42,101 bases of DNA from an uncultured Pelagibacteraceae bacterium (GCA_902531025.1 CACACV010000001.1:1-42101), one strand, 5' to 3'; numbered from the stretch's first letter, positions 1-9,716 are shown. Translations and numbers: made by a program. The notes: generated by a model not told the origin, from the letters alone.

Positions 1-751
1 AAATACCTCTACCAACCTCTGCAGCCATTGCACATTTTAAGTATACTGGATTAAAGGGTGTACTTGAGGTTGGTTCTAAAAATACAGAATCTTTAAAATC
101 AGGACAAGTAGGATCCTTATGATTATATAATGAACCCAAATTATAACTGTCTCCCCCGTCAGGTCCTCCAATTATTGTTCCTTTTTTATGACCGTTCTTA
201 TTTCCTTTTGTACATGCCCATGCAAATCCATTTACATGCATTAATTCGTGTAATGTAATTAGAATTCTTTTATTAGCACTTCGATTATGTTTGCTTTTTA
301 AAAAAATATACCCATGGTGAACGCTCCCTTGTCCGCCATCTCTATGTCCTACATCAACCCATGCAAAGTATAATTTATTAGGATTATTAAAACCTAATTT
401 TGTTAAGTAAGCGTCAGGGTAATTCATCCCATAGTTTCCTTTATATTGTTTATCAAATCTAACAAAAGAAATATCCATTTTGCCATCTTCTCTTAAGTCA
501 TACCTAAACTTCTGATTGCCCTTTGTCATTTCAAGCATTTTTTCATTGGCCTCTAATAATTCTTTCTCCATTTTTCCGTTTATATCCCATTCATTATCTT
601 CACTATCTTTATTTAGTAGGTATATAAAATGTACTTGTGGTTCATCTGAAATATCAGGTTGATCCTCAAAATATCTTCCAGACCTTTCGTCTGACGCAAA
701 AGAAAGTGATGAATACAAGAAAATTGTTAAAATAAGAAATATATTTTTCAT
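1..751 (-). CDS. Partial (3' end outside window) secreted putative zinc metallopeptidase (zincin HExxH)
   Basis: Not in ORF track. Manual translation from ATG at 751 is open to the window edge: MKNIFLILTIFLYSSLSFA (signal peptide) ... RILITLHELMHVNGFAWAC; HELMH lies at 236-250. Confidence 0.75.
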   Translation of the reverse strand, partial: MKNIFLILTIFLYSSLSFASDERSGRYFEDQPDISDEPQVHFIYLLNKDSEDNEWDINGKMEKELLEANEKMLEMTKGNQKFRYDLREDGKMDISFVRFDKQYKGNYGMNYPDAYLTKLGFNNPNKLYFAWVDVGHRDGGQGSVHHGYIFLKSKHNRSANKRILITLHELMHVNGFAWACTKGNKNGHKKGTIIGGPDGGDSYNLGSLYNHKDPTCPDFKDSVFLEPTSSTPFNPVYLKCAMAAEVGRGI

Positions 752-755
752 ATCA

Positions 756-1268
756 TTAAAATATAGACTTTGAATATTTTTTCCAGTTTTCCTGGTATCT
801 AATTGCATTTTTCTTAACAGCTTCAATTTCCTCATCAGTTAACTGGCGAATTACTTTTCCAGGTGAGCCCATTACTAATGAGTTATCTGGAATTTCTTTA
901 TTTTCTGTAATTAATGATTTAGCTCCAATGATACAATTTTTTCCAATTCTAGCCTTATTGAGAACAACAGCTCCAATACCAATTAAAGAATTATCATCAA
1001 TTGTACAACCATGAAGCATAACCAAGTGACCTATGGTTACATTCTTTCCAATTTTTAAAGGGTAACCTGGGTCAGTGTGCAAAACACTCCCGTCTTGAAC
1101 ATTTGAACCCTCCCCTATGTGAATATTTTCAATATCCCCTCTTAAAGTGGCATTAAACCAAATACTTGAATTTTTTTCTAATGTCACATCTCCAATCACA
1201 ACAGCATTGGGTGCTACCCAATTTTCGCCAGAGTTTTTTGGTTTTTTATCTTCCAAATCGTAAAACAT
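756..1268 (-). CDS. Gamma-class carbonic anhydrase family protein (YrdA/PaaY/CaiE-like, left-handed beta helix)
   Basis: Hexapeptide repeats, LRGD, NVQDGSVLH, IGHLVMLHG Zn-ligand histidines, GSPGKV. Confidence 0.92.
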   Translation of the reverse strand: MFYDLEDKKPKNSGENWVAPNAVVIGDVTLEKNSSIWFNATLRGDIENIHIGEGSNVQDGSVLHTDPGYPLKIGKNVTIGHLVMLHGCTIDDNSLIGIGAVVLNKARIGKNCIIGAKSLITENKEIPDNSLVMGSPGKVIRQLTDEEIEAVKKNAIRYQENWKKYSKSIF

Positions 1269-1288
1269 AAATTATATATTCTTTTAAC

Positions 1289-1846
1289 ATGGCACTTACA
1301 AAAACTCCAATATGTGATTTTGGTAAAAAAGCAGATCAGTTTGAACTAAAATCTGTTGAAAATAAAATTATTTCTTTAAACGATATTAAAGGAGAAAATG
1401 GAACATTAATTATGTTTATTTGCAATCACTGCCCTTATGTAAAAGCTGTAATTGAAGAAGTAGTTTCTGACTGTAAAGAACTAGAAAAAGAAGGAATTAA
1501 ATCTGCAGCAATTATGTCTAACGATACAATTAATTATCCAGATGATTCATTTGAAAAAATGATTGAATTTTCAAATGATAATGAATTTAACTTTCCTTAT
1601 CTAATAGACGAAAAACAAGAAATTGCTAAAAAATATGACGCTGTCTGTACACCAGATTTTTTTGGTTATAATAATAATTTAGAGCTTCAATACCGTGGAA
1701 GAATTAGAGAATTAAAAAATTTAGAGCCTGTTCAAGATGATGAAAGCGATTTATTAAAAGCAATGAAAATGATTGCTAAAAAAGGTCAAGGGCCTAAAGA
1801 TCAATTGCCTAGTATGGGTTGCAACATAAAGTGGTTTAAAAACTAA
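1289..1846 (+). CDS. Thioredoxin-family / AhpC-TSA peroxiredoxin-like protein
   Basis: FICNHCPYV (CxxC), YPDDSFEKM, AVCTPDFF, C-terminal SMGCNIKW. Confidence 0.9.
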   Translation: MALTKTPICDFGKKADQFELKSVENKIISLNDIKGENGTLIMFICNHCPYVKAVIEEVVSDCKELEKEGIKSAAIMSNDTINYPDDSFEKMIEFSNDNEFNFPYLIDEKQEIAKKYDAVCTPDFFGYNNNLELQYRGRIRELKNLEPVQDDESDLLKAMKMIAKKGQGPKDQLPSMGCNIKWFKN

Positions 1847-2928
1847 TGTTTTTAATTGTTACAAGAACATTTCCTCCTGAAGTTGGTGGAATGCAAAATT
1901 TAATGTGGGGCTTGGCAAAATCACTCTCTAAAATAGACTTAATAAAAGTATTTGCTGACTATAGTGAAAATCATGAACAGTTTGATAAAGATGTATCATT
2001 TTCAATTGAGAGAGTAAAAGGGATCAAATTATTAAGAAAATACAGAAAACCTCATTTGGTAAATGAATATTTAAATCAAAATTCAAAAGTAAAATGTATA
2101 GTTTCAGATCATTGGAAAAGCTTAGAATTAATAAAATCTAACAAAAAGAAAATTTGTTTGATTCACTCAAAGGAAATTAATCATACAAAAGGATCAAGAA
2201 CTAATAAAAAAATTTTAGAAGTATTAAATAATGTAGACCACGTAATTGCAAATTCTAAATTTACAAAAAATTTAGCTATTGAACTTGGTGTCGAAGAAAA
2301 CAGAATAAAAGTAATTAATCCGGGTGTTGATCCAATTTCTGAAATACCAAAAAATGATCTAAAAAAAGCTGATGAAATATTAAAAGGGAAAAAAAATAGA
2401 CTTATTACAGTTTCAAGATTTGATAAAAGAAAAAATCATGGAAAAGTAATAATGGCAATTCGAAATCTTAAAGAAATTTATCCTGATATTATTTATACAT
2501 GTATTGGCTATGGTGAAGAAGAAGAAAATTTAAAAAAATTAGTTATAGAACTTAAATTAGAAAATCATGTAATTTTTTTAAGAGATGTTCCTAACAATTT
2601 AAAAAATGCTTTAGTAGCTAAGTCAAATATCTTTATCATGCCTTCGATAATACATAAAAATTCTGTTGAAGGTTTTGGTATTGCTTTTATTGAAGCTGCT
2701 CAATATGGCATTCCTTCTATAGGGGGTAAGGACGGAGGTGCTTCCGACGCAATTATACATAACAAAACTGGGCTTATTTGTGATGGAAATAACTTAGATG
2801 ATATTTATTCGAGCATAGACAACCTTTTTAAAAATAATAAATACTTAGAATGCGGCAAAGAAGCAAAATTGAATTCCCAAAACTTTCAATGGGATAAGAT
2901 TATTGAAAGCTATAAAAGAATCTTATAA
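1846..2928 (+). CDS. Glycosyltransferase family 4 (GT-B)
   Basis: FPPEVGGMQ N-terminus, RFDKRKNH, EGFGIAFIEA retaining GT4 motif. Confidence 0.92.
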   Translation: MFLIVTRTFPPEVGGMQNLMWGLAKSLSKIDLIKVFADYSENHEQFDKDVSFSIERVKGIKLLRKYRKPHLVNEYLNQNSKVKCIVSDHWKSLELIKSNKKKICLIHSKEINHTKGSRTNKKILEVLNNVDHVIANSKFTKNLAIELGVEENRIKVINPGVDPISEIPKNDLKKADEILKGKKNRLITVSRFDKRKNHGKVIMAIRNLKEIYPDIIYTCIGYGEEEENLKKLVIELKLENHVIFLRDVPNNLKNALVAKSNIFIMPSIIHKNSVEGFGIAFIEAAQYGIPSIGGKDGGASDAIIHNKTGLICDGNNLDDIYSSIDNLFKNNKYLECGKEAKLNSQNFQWDKIIESYKRIL

Positions 2929-2937
2929 AGTTAATAT

Positions 2938-3357
2938 ATGATCGAAAAATTTAATGGATTATTTTATTTTATAGTATTTCTAGCACATTTTATTGGAATA
3001 GCTGTTTATTGCTTCCAAACAATTGTTGGAACAAAAAAGTTTATGGATAAATTTGATATAGATCATAACGCTGCAATTATTGTTCGATTTGTTGGGGCGC
3101 TAATGATTGGTTGGGTAATAATGGCGCTTTACATAATGTTTGTAAGGCCTAACGGAGTTGAGGGAACTTGGGCGTTCTTTAATCTATTGGTAATTATACA
3201 TGCTTGTGTATTTTTAACAAATTTTTACTCAATTAAAATTGACAAGACCGGAGTAAATGAAAAAACCTCAAATGAAGGAATAATTGCTCCGATAGTTTTC
3301 TTAGTATTAAGTTCAATTCTTGTATACGGATTATCAGATAAAATCTATTTATCTTAA
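2938..3357 (+). CDS. Hypothetical integral membrane protein (~4 TM)
   Basis: 139 aa with four hydrophobic segments; 9 nt after the GT4 stop. Confidence 0.75.
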   Translation: MIEKFNGLFYFIVFLAHFIGIAVYCFQTIVGTKKFMDKFDIDHNAAIIVRFVGALMIGWVIMALYIMFVRPNGVEGTWAFFNLLVIIHACVFLTNFYSIKIDKTGVNEKTSNEGIIAPIVFLVLSSILVYGLSDKIYLS

Positions 3358-3363
3358 ATTTAA

Positions 3364-4191
3364 TTAAAATTTTCCTATTTTTTTTGATCCTGAGTAAAAA
3401 ATTTTACTTAATTCCTCATTAGCTTTTTTTCTAGTTTTAATGTCATTTTCATTCATTAATTCAGTAGGTCTTTTAACGTGTTCATGAAATTTGAAAGTAT
3501 CATTTCCTCTTGCTTGTTGAACATATATTTTACCCAAAACTTCATCTACATTAGTTCCTATATAGCTCTGAATAGCAAAACCAATTCTTCTTTCTTTGCT
3601 TTTATTAAGTCCAGATCCATGAATAATTGTAGGATGGTGCAGTGATAGTTGTCCAGCTTTTAATATGACAGGTGTTGATTCGTTAATTGGAATATCTTCA
3701 ATTGTTTGGCCTCTTGTCAAAAGATTATTTTCATCAAACTTTTGATTATGAAATTTTAAATCTTTTTTATGAGAACCTTTATACATTCTCATACATCCAT
3801 TTTTCTCATTTGAATCTGTTACAGCCAGCCAGGCTGTAACCCAGTTATATGGTTCAAGACCAATATACTTTGCATCTTGATGAAAACTAACAAAACCTTT
3901 TTTATCAGGATTTTTAATGAATAAAGTAGTCCCACAAACAAGTATATCTTTTCCTATAATGCTCTCAACGGCATCTAATATTTTTGAATTGTGAGAAACT
4001 TTGTCAAGAATTGGTGAGATGAGATGAGCATAGTTTCTTCCTAATCCTTTGAGCTCATCAGGCCACTTTTTCTCTATATATTCAATTTCTTTTTTAACTT
4101 CTTCTGCTTCTTCTTTTGATAAAACATCTATAGGAGCAATATATCCATCCTCTTTATATTGTTGGATTTCCTCATGCGATAAATTGGGCAT
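3364..4191 (-). CDS. Phytanoyl-CoA dioxygenase (PhyH) family Fe(II)/2-oxoglutarate dioxygenase
   Basis: FHQD (HxD), VTAWLA, NGCMRMYKGSH, IHGSGLN..RRIG. Confidence 0.88.
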   Translation of the reverse strand: MPNLSHEEIQQYKEDGYIAPIDVLSKEEAEEVKKEIEYIEKKWPDELKGLGRNYAHLISPILDKVSHNSKILDAVESIIGKDILVCGTTLFIKNPDKKGFVSFHQDAKYIGLEPYNWVTAWLAVTDSNEKNGCMRMYKGSHKKDLKFHNQKFDENNLLTRGQTIEDIPINESTPVILKAGQLSLHHPTIIHGSGLNKSKERRIGFAIQSYIGTNVDEVLGKIYVQQARGNDTFKFHEHVKRPTELMNENDIKTRKKANEELSKIFYSGSKKIGKF

Positions 4192-4197
4192 ATATTT

Positions 4198-4401
4198 TTA
4201 TTTATCAAATTTTTTATTTATCTCTTTCTTACAATATTCTTCTGCTTCTGCTTTGGTCATAGCATCGGATTTATTTTTTTGTGCTAAAATACATGCTGAG
4301 ATAGACTTGTTTTTCCCATAATCTCCGTAGTTAACTCTTGTGAAATACAGTGCAATTATAGCTAGAATAATAAATAATATAAATTTAATATTTTTTTTCA
4401 T
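4198..4401 (-). CDS. Small membrane-anchored hypothetical protein with two Cys
   Basis: 67 aa, N-terminal hydrophobic helix, SISAC...EEYC; 6 nt upstream of the PhyH start. Confidence 0.65.
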   Translation of the reverse strand: MKKNIKFILFIILAIIALYFTRVNYGDYGKNKSISACILAQKNKSDAMTKAEAEEYCKKEINKKFDK

Positions 4402-4445
4402 ACACTTGTAAAATAAATTTTTTATTGCACCTTAGTAGATAGCCA

Positions 4446-4476
4446 TTGACAATAAATTTCAATTAAAAAATAGTTT
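4446..4476 (+). promoter_or_regulatory. Candidate sigma70 promoter for tmm
   Basis: Perfect TTGACA at 4446-4451; only a weak -10 (AATAGT/TAGTTT) 17-19 nt downstream. Confidence 0.35.
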
Positions 4477-4535
4477 TAATTTTTTATGTTTTGTTAATAG
4501 AATATGTTTATAAATTTATTTTAAAAACAAATTTT

Positions 4536-5867
4536 ATGACAAAAGTTGCAATCATTGGAACAGGGCCTTGTGGTTTATCAATACTAAGAGCCTTTGAGCA
4601 TGCTGAGAAAAAAGGTGAAAAAGTTCCTGAAATAGTATGTTTTGAAAAACAAGATGATTGGGGAGGACTTTGGAACTACAGTTGGCGAACTGGGTCTGAT
4701 CAATATGGAGATCCTATTCCTAATAGTATGTATAGATATCTATGGTCAAATGGACCAAAAGAATGTTTAGAATTTGCAGATTATTCTTTTGATGAACATT
4801 TTGGTAAACCCATTCCTTCCTTTCCTCCACGAGAAGTTTTGTATAATTATATAATTGGTAGAGTTAGCAAAGGAAATATTAAGAAAAAAATTAAGTTTAG
4901 TACTAGAGTAACAAACGTTACTTACAATTCTGATAAGTTTGAAGTGAGTTACCAAGATAAAAATAAAAATAATATTTCAAAAGATCATTTTGATTATGTA
5001 ATAGTTGCTACCGGTCATTTCTCTGTGCCATTTATTCCAGAGTATAAAGGAATGGATTCATTTCCTGGTAGAATAATGCATTCTCATGATTTTAGAGATG
5101 CTGAAGAGTTTAGAGATAAAAATGTTATAGTTTTAGGAAGCAGTTATTCAGCTGAAGATGTGGCTCTACAATGTAACAAGTATGGGGCTAAAAGTGTTAC
5201 AATAGGATACAGACATAACCCAATGGGTTTCAAATGGCCTAAGGGTATGAAAGAAGTTTATTATCTAGATAGACTTGAAGGTAAAAAAGCAATTTTTAAG
5301 GATGGAATAGAACAAGATGCTGATGTTATAATTTTATGCACAGGTTATCTGCATTATTTTCCATTTTTAGAAGAAAATTTAAGTCTTAAAACTGGAAACA
5401 GATTATATCCGCCAAAATTATATAAAGGAGTTGTGTGGCAAGATAATCACAAACTTATGTATCTTGGAATGCAAGATCAATTTCATACTTTTAATATGTT
5501 TGATTGTCAGGCGTGGTATGCCAGAGATGTTGTAATGGGTAAAATACAAATCCCAGATGATAATGAAATAGAAAAAGATATTAATAAATGGGTTTCAATG
5601 GAAGAAAAATTAGAAAATCCTGATCAAATGATTGACTTTCAAACTGAATATACAAAAGAGCTTCATAAAATGTCAGATTATCCAAAAATTGATTTCGAAC
5701 TTATTAGAAAACATTTTAAAGAATGGGAGCATCATAAAGTAGAAGATATCTTAACATATAGAAACAAGTCATTCTCCTCCCCTGTTACAGGTTCTGTTGC
5801 ACCTGTTCATCATACACCATGGGCTTCAGCTATGGATGACTCTATGAAAACTTTTTTAAAGCAATAA
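4536..5867 (+). CDS. tmm: Trimethylamine monooxygenase (bacterial flavin-containing monooxygenase)
   Basis: GTGPCG FAD motif, WGGLWNYSWRTG, SMYRYLWSNGPKECLEF, FPGRIMHSHDF FMO fingerprint, GSSYSAED; start moved to ATG 4536 (MTKVAIIG). Confidence 0.92.
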   Translation: MTKVAIIGTGPCGLSILRAFEHAEKKGEKVPEIVCFEKQDDWGGLWNYSWRTGSDQYGDPIPNSMYRYLWSNGPKECLEFADYSFDEHFGKPIPSFPPREVLYNYIIGRVSKGNIKKKIKFSTRVTNVTYNSDKFEVSYQDKNKNNISKDHFDYVIVATGHFSVPFIPEYKGMDSFPGRIMHSHDFRDAEEFRDKNVIVLGSSYSAEDVALQCNKYGAKSVTIGYRHNPMGFKWPKGMKEVYYLDRLEGKKAIFKDGIEQDADVIILCTGYLHYFPFLEENLSLKTGNRLYPPKLYKGVVWQDNHKLMYLGMQDQFHTFNMFDCQAWYARDVVMGKIQIPDDNEIEKDINKWVSMEEKLENPDQMIDFQTEYTKELHKMSDYPKIDFELIRKHFKEWEHHKVEDILTYRNKSFSSPVTGSVAPVHHTPWASAMDDSMKTFLKQ

Positions 5868-5877
5868 TTATTTAACT

Positions 5878-6957
5878 TTATTTATTAAACATTTTTTTTA
5901 ATGCTTCCTCAGAAGCATCACAGACTCCTTTTTCGGTAATTAAACCTGTTACATATTTTGCTGGAGTTACATCAAAAGCTAAATTCATTGCTTTGCTATT
6001 ATTTGGATAGATTAATATTTTTTTAACATTGCCTGCATCATCTTTACCCTCAATATGAGATAATTCTTCTGAATTTCTTTCTTCTATTGGAATTTCTTTA
6101 TAATCTTTAATATTCCAATCAATAGTTGAGCTTGGAAGTGCTACATAAAAAGGAACATTATTATCATGAGCCGCTAAAGCTTTAAGATAAGTACCAATTT
6201 TATTACAAACATCTCCGGTTGATAAAGTTCTATCAGTCCCAACGATACACATATCAACATCACCTCTTTGCATTAATATTCCTCCGGTATTGTCTGCAAT
6301 AATAGTATTAGGAATTTGTTCTTCATTTAGTTCGTGAGATGTTAAATTAGCACCTTGGTTTCTTGGTCTGGTTTCATCTACCCATACATGAATTGGAATT
6401 CCTTTTTTATGAGCATGATAAATTGGAGAAGTTGCTGTACCCCAATTAATTGTTGCAAGCCAACCTGCATTACAATGAGTCAAAATATTTACCGTATCCT
6501 TCTTCTTGTTATAAATTTCTTCAATAATTTTAAGCCCATTAAGTCCAATATTTTCACAAAACTTAACATCTTCATTGCATATTTCTTTAGCTTCATTGAG
6601 AGCTACATGAAAAAGATCGCTGCTATTAATCATTGATATCTTGTTATTCATCCTATGAACTGCCCATTGAAGGTTTATTGCGGTAGGTCTAGATTTAATT
6701 AATTCTTCTGCACTTTTTTTTATAAATTCAAGATCTTTATTTTCTAAAATTGCTAAAACTATTCCATATGCAGCGGTTCCTCCTATTAGAGGAGCGCCTC
6801 TAACTTCCATAGTATTAATTGCATTAATTGCATCTTTTACTGTTTTAAGATCTTTAATTATAAATTTATGTGGTAGTTTTGTCTGATCAATAATCTTTAC
6901 AGTATTATTTTTTTCATCAAACCAGATTGTGCGATACTCTTTTCCTTCTATTTTCAT
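5878..6957 (-). CDS. mtnA: S-methyl-5-thioribose-1-phosphate isomerase
   Basis: MEVRGAPLIG, SRPTAINL, LTHCNAGWLAT, DETRPRNQG, NKIGTY, FDVTP. Confidence 0.96.
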   Translation of the reverse strand: MKIEGKEYRTIWFDEKNNTVKIIDQTKLPHKFIIKDLKTVKDAINAINTMEVRGAPLIGGTAAYGIVLAILENKDLEFIKKSAEELIKSRPTAINLQWAVHRMNNKISMINSSDLFHVALNEAKEICNEDVKFCENIGLNGLKIIEEIYNKKKDTVNILTHCNAGWLATINWGTATSPIYHAHKKGIPIHVWVDETRPRNQGANLTSHELNEEQIPNTIIADNTGGILMQRGDVDMCIVGTDRTLSTGDVCNKIGTYLKALAAHDNNVPFYVALPSSTIDWNIKDYKEIPIEERNSEELSHIEGKDDAGNVKKILIYPNNSKAMNLAFDVTPAKYVTGLITEKGVCDASEEALKKMFNK

Positions 6958-7752
6958 TTAATTTCTCCAAACGACTGGGAACCAATCTTCTCTCATCTTT
7001 GCTCCATTATTTAAATCTATGCCTTTAAATGGTGGTGATGTTTCTCCGCCTCTATCAATATATTTTACATCATCTCCTATAAAACGCATTGAAAAAGCTC
7101 TTCTTGGTATTTTTTCTGTATTACCTGATGAAGAATGAAGAACTTTAAAGTTAAAAAGAACTGCATCTCCAATATTCATTTCTGAATTTAAAATATTTTT
7201 TTCCTCATTTATAATATCAGGCATATCCATAAAGTTGCTATCATTACTATACCAAGGTTGGTTATTAGACCATTTGGTTGGTCTTGTTAACTTTGGAAGT
7301 TTGTGTGACCCTAATAATATTTTTAAGGAGTTATTTTTTGTAATTGGGTCAAGAGGTATCCAAAAACTACCAGTATCATTTCCATCAACACAATAATAAG
7401 GCATATCTTGATGCCATGGGGTTTCTTTAGCTGTTCCTGGATCTTTAACAAATATATGTTCATGGAATAATTGAATAGATTTTGATCCTGTGGCTTCACC
7501 AACTATCTGTGCTGCGGGAGATTCTTCAGCAAACTTTTTAAATTCAGATATTCTTTGCCAATTACAATAGTCTTCAAAAAATCTTCCTTCTTTTTTTTTT
7601 ACATTTTCTCTTGAATGTGGCCCTGGATCTTTTAGGACTTTCTCAAAACCTGCTCTCAGTAAATCAATCCAAGGATTAAAGATATTTTTAATTAAAATTG
7701 CTCCTTGATTTTTATAAGAGTCAATTTCTAAATCTGAAAGGTACCTTTTCAC
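6958..7752 (-). CDS. PhyH-family Fe(II)/2OG dioxygenase located between mtnP and mtnA
   Basis: TPWHQDMPYY (HxD), FWIPLD, GSH, LHSSSGN..RRAFSMRF. Confidence 0.88.
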   Translation of the reverse strand: MKRYLSDLEIDSYKNQGAILIKNIFNPWIDLLRAGFEKVLKDPGPHSRENVKKKEGRFFEDYCNWQRISEFKKFAEESPAAQIVGEATGSKSIQLFHEHIFVKDPGTAKETPWHQDMPYYCVDGNDTGSFWIPLDPITKNNSLKILLGSHKLPKLTRPTKWSNNQPWYSNDSNFMDMPDIINEEKNILNSEMNIGDAVLFNFKVLHSSSGNTEKIPRRAFSMRFIGDDVKYIDRGGETSPPFKGIDLNNGAKMREDWFPVVWRN

Positions 7753-8621
7753 TTATTTAAAACTCTACCTGCAACAGTATTTAATTTTTCTATTGTTTTT
7801 TTTGATCTTTTGTCTGGAGCAGTAATTATTGCAACGTCTAGACAGTTATTCGTCGGATCATTAGGATCAATATGATTTTCAAAATTATCTATTAAATTTT
7901 TAATCATATTTTTTGCTTTTGCAGCATTATCTAAAAGAACTTTAATAACTTTTTGTACATCAACATTTTCATGATCAGGATGCCAACAATCATAATCTGT
8001 AACCATTGATACAGATGAATATCTAATTTCAGCTTCTCTAGCTAATTTAGCTTCTGGCATATTGGTCATTCCAATAACATCTGCTTTCCATGATCTATAT
8101 AAGTTAGATTCTGCTAAAGTTGAAAATTGAGGTCCTTCCATAACAACATAAGTTCCACCTCTTTGATAAGAAATATTTTCTTTTTTTATAGATTCTTCAC
8201 ATGCATTCATCAAAGCTTTAGATGTTGGGTGGGCCATAGAAACATGCGCTACAATATCTTCATCAAAAAAAGTTTTATTTCTTGCAAAAGTTCTATCAAT
8301 AAATTGATCAACTAAAACAAATTTTCCTGGAGGCAAATCTTCTTTTAGAGATCCTACTGCAGAAACGGATACAATATCAGTTACTCCAAGTTGTTTTAAG
8401 GCATCAATGTTTGCTCTAAAGTTTATTTTAGATGGAGATATAAAATGACCCCTTCCATGCCTTGGTAAAAAATAAACTTCTTTATTATTATACTTTGTCT
8501 TTAAAATTTGATCCGAAGGATTGCCCCAAGGAGTGGTGATATCTAACAATTCTCTTTCTTTAAATTCTTCTACATCATATAGGCCGCTACCACCTATAAT
8601 TGCTAATTTATCATTTGCCAT
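7749..8621 (-). CDS. mtnP: S-methyl-5'-thioadenosine phosphorylase
   Basis: IIGGSG, PRHGRGH, EGPQFST.AES, GMTNMPEAKLARE, VTDYDCWH. Confidence 0.96.
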   Translation of the reverse strand: MANDKLAIIGGSGLYDVEEFKERELLDITTPWGNPSDQILKTKYNNKEVYFLPRHGRGHFISPSKINFRANIDALKQLGVTDIVSVSAVGSLKEDLPPGKFVLVDQFIDRTFARNKTFFDEDIVAHVSMAHPTSKALMNACEESIKKENISYQRGGTYVVMEGPQFSTLAESNLYRSWKADVIGMTNMPEAKLAREAEIRYSSVSMVTDYDCWHPDHENVDVQKVIKVLLDNAAKAKNMIKNLIDNFENHIDPNDPTNNCLDVAIITAPDKRSKKTIEKLNTVAGRVLNK

Positions 8622-8663
8622 AAGTGAAAAATAATTTATTTATTAATATATTTCAAAAGAATT

Positions 8664-9191
8664 ATGGACTTAAAAGAACATATAAGATCGATATATGATT
8701 ATCCTAAAAAAGGGATACTTTTTAGAGATATAACAACATTAATTAAAAATGAAAAAGCGTTTTGTGAGTGTATTGACCAAATAGTAGAGAGATCTAAAAA
8801 ATTTCATTTTAATAAATTGGCAGCAATAGAATCTAGAGGATTTGTATTCGCATCTGCAGTTTCTTATATTTTAAAAAAACCATTCATACTTTTGCGAAAA
8901 AAAAATAAATTACCTGGAGATGTTCATTCTGTTGATTTCGAATTAGAATATGGCACAGCCACAATGGAAGTTCATAAAGATGCTGTTGATCAAGATGACT
9001 CTGTACTTTTGATTGATGATTTAATTGCTACTGGTGGTACAGCTGAAGCAGCGGCTAAATTAATAGAAATTTCTAAAGGTAAAGTTGCTGGATATGTTTT
9101 TGTAATAAATCTTTTTGATTTGGGTGGATGTGATAATTTAATTAAAAAAGGTTATAAAGTAGAAAATTTAATTGAATTTCCAGGTCACTAA
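8664..9191 (+). CDS. apt: Adenine phosphoribosyltransferase
   Basis: DYPKKGILFRDIT, ESRGF, RKKNKLP, LEYG, IDDLIATGGT PRPP motif. Confidence 0.96.
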   Translation: MDLKEHIRSIYDYPKKGILFRDITTLIKNEKAFCECIDQIVERSKKFHFNKLAAIESRGFVFASAVSYILKKPFILLRKKNKLPGDVHSVDFELEYGTATMEVHKDAVDQDDSVLLIDDLIATGGTAEAAAKLIEISKGKVAGYVFVINLFDLGGCDNLIKKGYKVENLIEFPGH

Positions 9192-9194
9192 AAA

Positions 9195-9710
9195 CTAATC
9201 AAATTTAAAATCTTTAATATTAGTTGTTTCATATTTTTCAAAAGGCATATGTATCCAAGGGGAATCTTCTAAATAATCTACAGCATAATCAGGTTTAAAT
9301 TTTGATGTCGATTTGTGCCAAATTACTGCAGTTTTAATTTTTTCTTCAAGATAAAAACCATAAAAATGTTCAAGCCACTTAATACTTTTTATTAATGTTT
9401 TGCCAGAATCAGCGAGGTCATCTACTAGCAAAATATGAGATCCAAGATTTGGGGTGGTCTTTGCTAAATCTCTAGAAAATGTAAATTGACCTTGTTGATT
9501 TTTAACATCATCACTGTTCCCATGATACGACTCAACAGAAAGTATAGCTAAAGGAACATTAAAAAGACGACTAAAGACATCTCCAACTCTTAAACCACCT
9601 TTTGCTATACAAATAACTTGATTAAATTTCCAATTATCATCATAAACTTTCTTGGCTAGTTGCTCTATCTTTTTATGATAATCTTCCCAAGTTATATAAA
9701 TATCTTTCAT
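9195..9710 (-). CDS. Type I phosphoribosyltransferase (hypoxanthine/xanthine-guanine PRTase-like)
   Basis: IAKGGL, SVESY loop, LLVDDLADSGKT PRPP motif, PWIHMPFE; true start ATG 9710 (the ORF-track start lies inside the tRNA). Confidence 0.85.
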   Translation of the reverse strand: MKDIYITWEDYHKKIEQLAKKVYDDNWKFNQVICIAKGGLRVGDVFSRLFNVPLAILSVESYHGNSDDVKNQQGQFTFSRDLAKTTPNLGSHILLVDDLADSGKTLIKSIKWLEHFYGFYLEEKIKTAVIWHKSTSKFKPDYAVDYLEDSPWIHMPFEKYETTNIKDFKFD

Positions 9711-9716
9711 AGTTTT

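Noticed and set aside
3364-4191. PhyH protein as a SyrB2-type halogenase
   Set aside because: It retains HQD; halogenases replace the Asp with Ala or Gly
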